From positions 82,156-146,155 of the forward strand of contig MCFE01000167.1 in NCBI GenBank assembly GCA_002104905.1: a DNA stretch of 64,000 nt, given 5' to 3'. Under the pieces are notes generated by a model that saw only the letters and a program-made list of their open reading frames with translations, searched no databases and was not told where the DNA came from. Numbering within the stretch: the stretch's first letter is position 1; each line of letters begins with the position of its first letter. This document shows positions 53,673 to 61,868 of the stretch, one piece after another. This DNA comes from Basidiobolus meristosporus CBS 931.73. Its lineage: Eukaryota; Fungi; Basidiobolomycota. A program made the translations under genes and the position numbers.

Positions 53673-54866
53673 ATGGTTTTTCACGCATCTAACATCCAAT
53701 TTTTCCTGAAGGCTTGCCTCGTAGCTTTGCTAGCTTACTTCAATACTCAGGTCAACGCCATATGCCAACATTACAACGCTACTTGTCCCGAGTCTGCTCC
53801 CTGTTGCTCTGATGGCTGGTGCAATGTAGGTCACAATTGCATTGCAACTATTTGCGACCCACTCAACAGCTATTCAGCTGGTAGTTGCTATCCCAAGCCG
53901 CAATGTGTCGATTTAGTCGATACCTTCTCTAGAAATGACGTTACCGAGTTTTCCAAATTCGACGGAAATCCGAATGGCGGTTACGAATGGGTGAGCGAAT
54001 TCATTCCAAACCATGCCGCTGTCGAAGATGGGGAGCTCGTTTTGAGCATGCCATTAGGAACTCAGAAAAACTCGTACGGCCGTCTACAAGGATTCGGAGC
54101 TACAGTAACCTCTATTAGATGGATCCAGTACGGCAATGTTACTGCAAGGGTCAAGACAGCTTCTACTTCGCCTGGTGTTGTGACCTCTTTCATTATACGC
54201 AATCCTGAAGGGGATGAGATTGATTTTGAGTGGGTTGGCGGGAGTCCCGACAAGGTTCAGACAAACTACTACTATAACGACATCTTGGACTACAAGAACG
54301 GCATTGAAGCGTCTGTTGGGAGTAATACTGCTGACGGATTCAATGAATACATGATTCAATGGGAAGAAGATTTCATCAAGTTTTGGGTGAACAAAAAGGT
54401 GATCAGAACTGTTTACAAGAAGGATACCTGGGATGAGAAATCAAAAGTATACAAGTATCCCGCTAGGCTAGCCCAGGTTCATCTCGGGATCTGGGATGGA
54501 GGTCGCGGTGCCCCTGGAACTATGGAGTGGGCTGGTGGACCAACCAACTGGAGCAACCCTAAGACAGTATACAAAGCCTATTACAACTATGTCAATATAC
54601 AATGCAAGTACAGCGGAAATTCAACCCAACAATGGCCTACAAGTACGAAGAACATTGCTAGTTCCTCGAGGAATTCTTCAGCTACTTCCGCACATACGTC
54701 TTCAACGGTTGCTGCAGAAACTTCACCTAACACCCCGGCAGTAGTCAGTCCTGCACTAACGAGCCGTCCACCTGCCGTGGAACACGTGAATTCAGCGCAT
54801 CCAGTCAATCTTGGATCTGCTCTTATAAGTGCAGCACTATTTCTCACTGCCTATATGTATCAATAG
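53673..54866 (+). CDS. GH16 chitin transglycosylase (Crh1/Utr2-like) with a Cys-rich chitin-binding N-terminus and a GPI-type tail
   Basis: Signal peptide, CPESAPCCSDGWC, catalytic DEIDFEW, Ser/Thr-rich linker and hydrophobic C-terminus; intronless. Confidence 0.93.
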   Translation: MVFHASNIQFFLKACLVALLAYFNTQVNAICQHYNATCPESAPCCSDGWCNVGHNCIATICDPLNSYSAGSCYPKPQCVDLVDTFSRNDVTEFSKFDGNPNGGYEWVSEFIPNHAAVEDGELVLSMPLGTQKNSYGRLQGFGATVTSIRWIQYGNVTARVKTASTSPGVVTSFIIRNPEGDEIDFEWVGGSPDKVQTNYYYNDILDYKNGIEASVGSNTADGFNEYMIQWEEDFIKFWVNKKVIRTVYKKDTWDEKSKVYKYPARLAQVHLGIWDGGRGAPGTMEWAGGPTNWSNPKTVYKAYYNYVNIQCKYSGNSTQQWPTSTKNIASSSRNSSATSAHTSSTVAAETSPNTPAVVSPALTSRPPAVEHVNSAHPVNLGSALISAALFLTAYMYQ

Positions 54867-56205
54867 TTTCAAACCTAATTTCGTAATTCTGGATAAGGAT
54901 TGAAATTCACTCATCCAGCGGGAATTGTATAAATGTCATTAGCTAAATCAAGACTCACTAAAAATAGATAAACACGTTTTCCAACAACCTCATGAGAGAA
55001 CATTCTTTCAATTCCAAAATTGATCGGCTTGGAAATTTCCCGATCTTGTAGCAATTCTGTCGAACCAGATGTAAGTAGTGACCACGATTCTTTAGAATAT
55101 GCCTGAGTTATTTATGGCATTCAATATGCAGTATGATAGTAAATATTGTGGATACTTGATGGACGCCGGAACTTCATAGCATGGAAGCCACAGGAAGTTG
55201 CGAAGGGGTGCCAAGACGCTACTAGTAACAAGCCTATGGTGATAGAATCTTTAAATAATACGGACAATAAGCGATATTGCATAAGATCCCTAATTTCGAA
55301 TTCAGTTTTATTTTGTTGACCAAGAAATGGGTAATCCTTGAGATTATGATTCTATCGGAAATTGCTTCTCTGCGATTGTTGAATTCGTACATTATACTGG
55401 ATCCTTTATTGCTCTGCTTTCTAAAACGGCTAAAGGCGTGTCACCCAGAAAGAAGATTTATCCATATTTCCCAGTAATCGCTACCATGCTTTTAGTGTGC
55501 ATTTCCTAATTCTGGACACCTATGCCGCTGATTTCATGTCAGTTTGTGTCAAGTTCAATCATCTATTAGTGACGATGTGGTGTCAAATATGTTGGGCTGT
55601 TTGCTCAGCCTATTGCTTACAAACATTATCTATTTGACAGTCAACGTTAAAGTATGAGAATACACATGAAAGATCCCAGGCAGTCTCAGAGTCCAAAACC
55701 TACTAGTCAACGTGCAGCTGTCGATTAAGATATAGCATTCGGAAATGGTGAAGCGAGATGCGTAACGGAGTAGATGTGTTGCTGAATCGTTGCTTATAAG
55801 TTCAATTGGTCACACTTGTCTGTTGTAGAACAGTTCACGATTGTGTGGAAAATTTAGCCCTATTCGATTCTCTATTCAAGTCTTTCGGGGGAGCTAAAGA
55901 TGCTTCTTCTTGCGATATCTAGTATATCAGAGATTTCACTTTGAAGACTGGTTATTACTGATACTCATATTAGTCTTCTCCTGTTGATACAGCATCGAAA
56001 TCGCTTTTGGTATGTCATGCTACACGAGTAATCAGATGCCGTAGTAGAGGGTACCATATAACTGAGGGAATTTTTGGCCAAAATATTCTTATGAGTCCAT
56101 AATGAAGTGTATAGAGACTTGATATCTAGCTCTGTGACAATCATCAATCTAAATAATCTTGCAAGCTTACTCAGGCATGAGAGCTCCATTCTATTTAATT
56201 TTAAC

Positions 56206-56976
56206 ATGTACTATAAGTCCATTGGAGATATCGATTATGACATGAACGGGCCTTTGGGGGAATTCCCCTGTAAAAGTTATAAGTCAAGGAAAATCGAATA
56301 CACTCACAATGCTGGGGATACTGTGAAAGTCCAATTCGCCACTGGAAATACCCACAATGGTGGCCATTGCCAGTTTGCTCTTTCTTACGATAACGACCAG
56401 ACATTTGTTGTTTTGAAAACGGTTGTCCGTGGCTGCTTCAAAGATGGCCTCATTTTCGATGTACCTATTCCAGCTACTGCACCTCCCAGTAATCGTGCTA
56501 CCTTAGCCTGGACATGGGTCAATACCGAGGGCAACCGAGAGTATTACATGAACAGTGTTGAGATTACTATCAATGGCGGGGTCCCTGGTGGAACAGTCAC
56601 TGGTCCAAAGCTCGTGGTCGCAGACCTTCCTGGTTATCCCACTATCCCTGAATTTGACATCGGTGAAGGAGACGGTCACGAGATGTTAGATAAGCGTCCG
56701 ATCATCACAGTTGGAGCTACCGATGGAGGCATAACCACTGACACAAATACCACCGTGAAACCTACAGCGACCTCGACCACAACCTCCACTAAGCCTACCC
56801 TAACTAGCGATCCTGGAGCTGGCTTATGTGTTGGAATGGCAGCCTGGAATGCGAATACTGCATACAACGGAGCCCAGAAAGTTACTTATGGCGGACACCT
56901 TTGGCAAGCTAAGTGGTGGACCCAAAACGAAACTCCTGGTCAGCAAGGAGCCTGAACAGACTTAGGGGCTTGTTAA
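56206..56976 (+). pseudogene. AA11-like lytic polysaccharide monooxygenase + CBM5/12 chitin-binding domain, probably pseudogenised
   Basis: AA11-like motifs PLGEFPCK, THNGGHCQFALSYD and LAWTWVN..GNREYYMN, then a Thr-rich linker and AWNANTAY...VTYGGHLWQAKWWTQ. There is no signal peptide or His1 in the ORF. TGA at 56953 sits at an expected Trp and is followed in frame by TDLGAC-stop. Confidence 0.75.
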
Positions 56977-57309
56977 ACTATATATGAATGCTTTCAATAA
57001 ACCAGCTCTTAGTAGCTAATTTGATTTCCGGGACTAGTGAATCACGGGATTTTGGAATAAAATACACTGGGGGAAGTGGTATCGGAATATGTATGGAAAT
57101 TGTCTACAAAATAGATATTTTAAATTATGTGCTCCATATTTTGCTTTATGCAATTCAGATCTATTGAGATTTCTAAAAAAAGTAGTAATTTCTTACAGTA
57201 GCTCCAGCCTATTATGTTTCATGTGTTGTGTAAAGTTCACTCATATATCAAGTAATCCATCCCAAATTCTTTTTCATACACTTCATTCTTGTGGCTGGAA
57301 GCCAAAGGC

Positions 57310-57641
57310 TGTTGTAAGAGTCTTGGAGATATTGGAAGTGATTGGGAGAACAAGTAGATTATGTGGTTTTCACTTAATGATTTATTGAATGTAAAAGTAG
57401 TATTTATACTTTTACCTGGTCTTGGCATTACAAACACGTAGAATAGGTTAAGGAAGGTCCCAAGAGCATGTGTGCAAAGTTTGGGGCTGTTTGGACAACT
57501 TATCAAATTTTCATGTTCTGGGTAAATATTCTACGTAAATCCCGACAAGGAATTTGGTCAGTATTCTCTAGGATTTGAAGGTGATGATCTAAGTGACTAA
57601 GTTAGGTGAATATTTAGGTGGAATTCCGAATTTTTACAACA
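57310..57641 (-). mobile_element. Solo copia LTR with a 5-bp target-site duplication
   Basis: Reverse complement of the 986-1335 LTR with a ~17-bp internal deletion. AAGGC flanks both sides (57305-57309 and 57642-57646). Confidence 0.96.
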
Positions 57642-57749
57642 AAGGCTTGGTCAATAAGCTGGCTGTGAGCACGTCATCCACAGCTACTGTTGATAAGAAA
57701 GCCATCTCTTCTATTCACTATGCTACCAAGTCACCCATATAATGCACTT

Positions 57750-58155
57750 TGCTGTGAGGGTCTTGGAGATATAGGAAGTGATTGGGTGAACAAGTAGACT
57801 ATGTGGTTTTCACTTAACAATTTATTCAATGCAAAAGGTGTATTTATACTTTTACATGGTCTTAGCATAACAAACACAAAGAATAGGTCTAGGAGGGTGC
57901 CAAGTACATGTGTGCAAAGCTTAGGGCTTTTTGGACACCTTTGGGAATTTTCATGTTCTGGGTACCTGATATTCTGGTAAAGATATTCCAAGTAAATCCC
58001 AAGAAGGAATTTGGTCAGTAATATCTAAGACTAGTGGGCAATGATCTAAGTTACTAAGTTAGGTGAATATATAGGTGGAATTACAAATTTTTTCAATACT
58101 CCCACTCAGCTAAATGCTTGTACTGACTAGTCCTAACTTTGACCTAAGATATTCA
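57750..58155 (-). mobile_element. Older, diverged copia 3' LTR (57750-58098) with its PPT and the last ~50 bp of pol
   Basis: LTR homology with many substitutions. 58099-58155 is the reverse complement of the pol end and PPT seen at ~929-985. Confidence 0.92.
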
Positions 58156-58509
58156 TGTTGTAAGTGTCTTGGAGATATTGGAAGTGATTGTGAGAACAAG
58201 TAGATTATGTGGTTTTCACTTAATGATTTATTGAATGTAAAAGTAGTATTTATACTTTTACCTGGTCTTGGCATTACAAGCACGTAGAATAGGTTAAGGA
58301 AGGTCCCAAGAACATGTGTGTAAAGTTTGGGGCTGTTTGGACAACTTTGAGAATTTTCATGTTCTGGGTACCTGGTATTTTGGTGAAAATATTCTAAGTA
58401 AATCCCGGCAAGGAATTTGGTCAGTATTCTCTAGGATATGAAGGTAATGATCTAAGTGACTAAGTTAGGTGAATATTTAGGTGGAAATACAAATTTTTAT
58501 AACACTCCC
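58156..58509 (-). mobile_element. Younger copia 3' LTR nested in the older copy and truncated 5 bp into its PPT
   Basis: TGTTGTAA...TTATAACA (58156-58504), about 95-96% identical by eye to the 986-1335 LTR. It is followed by CTCCC (first 5 nt of the reversed PPT) and then unrelated sequence. Confidence 0.93.
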
Positions 58510-58971
58510 TTAGGGGGAGGAAAGTCACCAAGTGGTGAAATCTTTATTTACTTATGACAAGTATCTAAAGAAGCCAAGTTAATCTGAAGTTATTCCTACA
58601 AAGCTAGGTCTGAGAGATATCTTCCTGGTAAGCCAGGTCTGAGAGTTGAGAAACTGAGTGGTACTAAATTTCCTAGTTAGCTAGGTCTGAGAGAGGTTTC
58701 CTGGAAAGCCAGGCCTGAGAAGTGAGAATCTGAATATATCTGAGCTAAGTTATACTGGTTTGCGGTAGCTGAATTGTGGCCAGAATGGCCAGTAGACTGG
58801 GGGAACTGAGAGGAATTTCTGGGTGATCACTGGCCAAATTTACTAGGCAAATCTGGCCAATTAGCATTTCAAGGATCTCAGCCAATCAGAGCCTTTACTT
58901 TGCCCGATGGTTGATCAAGCCATCTCCCAATGAGCACACATCAATTTATTAATCAAATTTTGCTGAATCCA

Positions 58972-58982
58972 GGATTTGAACC
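58972..58982 (-). promoter_or_regulatory. RNA polymerase III B box
   Basis: GGTTCAAATCC matches the consensus GGTTCRANNCC. Confidence 0.8.
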
Positions 58983-59014
58983 CACAACCATGGGTATGGA
59001 AGGGTTAGGGATAA

Positions 59015-59025
59015 CCACAAGGCTA
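59015..59025 (-). promoter_or_regulatory. RNA polymerase III A box
   Basis: TAGCCTTGTGG approximates TRGCNNARYGG with one mismatch. It starts at position 8 if G59032 is +1, and is spaced from the B box as in a tRNA. Confidence 0.65.
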
Positions 59026-59099
59026 AGTGTTCTTGGTTAGGGGGGAGACAGTCACCAACAGGTGAAATCTTTATTTCAGTTGAAACAAAGAAGCCAGCG

Positions 59100-61868
59100 C
59101 TACTGTTGTAGCTTTGATACAAGAGTGTGTAGCTGAGGGGAATTTGCAGGTAAGTTAATAAGAAGTGATGATAGTTCTTCAGTGCTCAAGACACTGTTCA
59201 GTGGGAAGGGGGGTAGCAAGAGAGGTAAGAATGACTTGTGAACAACATTAATGAGGGGAATGTGATAAGGATTGATATTCATCATAAAGGGAGTGTGCTG
59301 CTGCAGATATTGCTGCCAAAGGTCTGTCAAGTACTTCAGGTAGGCCAGCTTGGGTTTTTCTGACTGCAGAATATAGTGAGCAAACTTCTTGACTTCAGGA
59401 TCTCCAAGTATAGTTCTCCAGCAGGAGCCAGGTGTTGTGTGGTGTGTTCTCTTCCAGGCCTTAATCAGTGGGTTGTTGCAGTTGTGAAGTCTGAGGTATA
59501 ATCTGGTTCTAAGGTAGAGAAGTCTGATCTTATAGGGCATAAACCCAAAAGCACCAAGAATAGCATGTCTGTAGGGGCATTCAGGCAAATGAGGCACCAA
59601 GGAGGTAATGCACCATACTGCAAACTTGTCAAGCTTAGTGCAGTCTCTAGAAGTAAGAGAGAGAAGTGGTAAGCCAAATTCCAGGACAGGGAAGACAAAC
59701 TGCTTGAGTAGAAGGAGGCAGCTGGGAGCTGAAGTTGTAGGAGGAGTAACAGCCAGTAGCTTGTGGAGTGCCTGTCTTGCCAGGATAATTCTCTTCTTCA
59801 GGTGTGCTCCAGAGTCTAGTCCAGTAGGAAGGAAAGGAAAGCCAAGATATGTAGCAGAAACCTGAGCAGGTAGAGTGGAGTTCTCCAAGTTGATGGGAGA
59901 GCCCAAAGGTACTGTCTTTGCAATGGAAAGCTGGAGATTATTCTTCTGCAGATACTGGTGGATGGTCTGGGAGTCTTGTTGCACATTGAAGGAGGATATT
60001 CTGATGTCATCAGCAAAGAGAGTAACCAGGCAGTCAGCTGAGAGTCTTGGGAAATCATTCAGGAAGATGGCAAACAGTGTAGGACCAAGCACAGAGCCTT
60101 GAACCACTCCATTAGGAACTGAGAACACAGCTGATTGCTCACTTGGGTGCAGAATTCTTGCTTGTGGATCCAGAAACAGAGACCTGACAAGGAGGGTGAG
60201 AGAGGTACTGGAGAAGCATTGCAACTTGGACCAAAGCAGATTTCTGTCAACTGAATCAAAGGCCTTAGTAATATCAAACAGAACAGAGGGATGCTTGCAC
60301 TGGAGAGAGTGATCTTGGCTAAGTATGACTGCATATTCCAAGGAGAGGCCAGGAACAAAGCCAAACTGTGCAGGATGAAACTTGAGAGAGTCAGAGTAGA
60401 GCTCCTGAGCAAGCAGAAGCTCAAACACCTTTCTGCAGGTGGGCAGCAGAGATATTGGCCTGTAGGAGCTAGGATCCAGGTGCTTTCCTTTACCCTTGTA
60501 CAGTGGCAGAACATTTGCAAAGGACCATTCCTCAGGAGTAGAAAGCTGGGCTGAGCATTGCTGAAACAGTGGAAGCAGAAGTGCAGACATGGCCTTGGTA
60601 TTAGTCTTCAGAAGCTCATAAGAGATTGTGTCCACACCTGGAGCAGTAGAGTTGGGAAGCCTCTTGAGCACATTATGGATTCTCCTTTGATCAAGTGCAA
60701 GTGGGATGGGCAGAGTCTTGAAGTCAGGATGAAAGCCAGGAGTTGAGTACTGCTTTGTAGAGAAGAAGATGTTAGCCAGCTGTTCTGTTGAAGGTAACTT
60801 CCTGGAAGAGGGCCTCATTGCCCTGTAGAGTCTTGATACTGTTCTTGTTATAGAGTTGGAAGATTGCAGAGGCAAGGAACTCATAATATGATCCCAGAGC
60901 TGAGTATGCAGAGTGTGGTGAATTGCCTTGGAGTGGTGTATTGCTGTCAGGAGGAGTTTCTCTGTTTTTGGGTTAGGGAAGCTCAGGTAGCTTTGTTGCA
61001 GGGCTGAAACAATGGATTCCCATTTTCTTGAGGTAACAGCAGTAGTCTTGCATGGCAGTGAGAGGGAGGCAGACACCAGAATCAGATGCTTCACAAAGAG
61101 CCAGGCAAAGTTGAGATCATCTGGCAGAGAAAGTAGCAAACTGGCAAGCTTCAAGTAGTTCCCAAAGTCTTTCTTCTGATTCTTGGTAGCTTTGTGGGTG
61201 AGCACAGTAAGTTTTGGCAGCTTCTTCTTCACAACTGGTTGCATAGAAAGGGACCAGGCTGGGTGGTCAGAGGCTCTCAAGGATCCTAGCTCAGCTCCAG
61301 AGAATTGCTTAACTTCATTCACAAAGTAGAGGGCAGCAGCAGAAGGGCAGATCCAGTCAACACATCTTTTCTCAGATTGAGCACCTAGTGCTAGCAGGTG
61401 GCTTTCTCTCAGGAAGTTCAGTAGGAATGTAGACCTTGGCTTCATTCTTGCAGTCAGAGTAGTCTTGTTCTCAGGATGGGGAATGTTGAGATCTCCAAGC
61501 AAGATAACAGGTGTTGATATAGATTGTTGGTATTGCTGAACCTTCTGGCATATAACTTGCACTTCCTGAAGGGCTAGACTTGGAGGCAGATAGCAGAGCA
61601 CCAGACTGATAGTTGGCAACTGGAGAGCAGCACAGTAAGGGGAGTAAAGAGGGACACAGAGCTGAGGAGTATTGATGGTAGAAGAGATGAAGCAGATAGA
61701 GGAGGTATTCTTTGTTCTAGGAGTAGAAAAGCAATATAGATTAGTCAAAAGTATAGAGGGTAGCTGGACATCAATCAAACACAGGAGGGAAAATCTTGAA
61801 AGAAGTCTCTCTAGAGTTGGTCTTGATGGCTGTATGCTGTTGCAGTTAAGCAACAGAACTTCAGGTAG
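59100..61868 (-). CDS. LINE ORF2: apurinic-like endonuclease + reverse transcriptase (no 5' ATG; in frame with ORF1)
   Basis: APE motifs LNCNS, CYLPP, LGDLN, VDWI and SDH. Non-LTR RT motifs APGVDTI, YRPISLL, QFGF, DITKAFDSV, GVVQGSVLGP, FADD (60006-60017) and YLG. Stop TAG at 59100-59102. Confidence 0.95.
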   Translation of the reverse strand, partial: LPEVLLLNCNSIQPSRPTLERLLSRFSLLCLIDVQLPSILLTNLYCFSTPRTKNTSSICFISSTINTPQLCVPLYSPYCAALQLPTISLVLCYLPPSLALQEVQVICQKVQQYQQSISTPVILLGDLNIPHPENKTTLTARMKPRSTFLLNFLRESHLLALGAQSEKRCVDWICPSAAALYFVNEVKQFSGAELGSLRASDHPAWSLSMQPVVKKKLPKLTVLTHKATKNQKKDFGNYLKLASLLLSLPDDLNFAWLFVKHLILVSASLSLPCKTTAVTSRKWESIVSALQQSYLSFPNPKTEKLLLTAIHHSKAIHHTLHTQLWDHIMSSLPLQSSNSITRTVSRLYRAMRPSSRKLPSTEQLANIFFSTKQYSTPGFHPDFKTLPIPLALDQRRIHNVLKRLPNSTAPGVDTISYELLKTNTKAMSALLLPLFQQCSAQLSTPEEWSFANVLPLYKGKGKHLDPSSYRPISLLPTCRKVFELLLAQELYSDSLKFHPAQFGFVPGLSLEYAVILSQDHSLQCKHPSVLFDITKAFDSVDRNLLWSKLQCFSSTSLTLLVRSLFLDPQARILHPSEQSAVFSVPNGVVQGSVLGPTLFAIFLNDFPRLSADCLVTLFADDIRISSFNVQQDSQTIHQYLQKNNLQLSIAKTVPLGSPINLENSTLPAQVSATYLGFPFLPTGLDSGAHLKKRIILARQALHKLLAVTPPTTSAPSCLLLLKQFVFPVLEFGLPLLSLTSRDCTKLDKFAVWCITSLVPHLPECPYRHAILGAFGFMPYKIRLLYLRTRLYLRLHNCNNPLIKAWKRTHHTTPGSCWRTILGDPEVKKFAHYILQSEKPKLAYLKYLTDLWQQYLQQHTPFMMNINPYHIPLINVVHKSFLPLLLPPFPLNSVLSTEELSSLLINLPANSPQLHTLVSKLQQ

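Larger units (their letters stand above)
58510..59032 (-). mobile_element. tRNA-derived SINE-like element (~523 bp) with a LINE-derived 3' end
   Basis: On the minus strand: a tRNA-like head with A and B boxes, a non-coding body with internal repeats, and a final 40 nt that are 35/40 identical to the 3' end of the adjacent LINE. There is no TTTT terminator on the sense strand. Confidence 0.8.

Noticed and set aside
60970-60978. GGGTTAGGG inside ORF2
   Set aside because: It encodes part of FPNP in an intact frame; a 9-mer is plausible by chance and there is no junction.
59100-61853. Possibility that the telomere-adjacent RT is telomerase (TERT), a Penelope-like element or a MoTeR
   Set aside because: It has an N-terminal APE domain and non-LTR-type RT motifs. 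I see no TERT T-motif, GIY-YIG domain or C-terminal restriction-like endonuclease.
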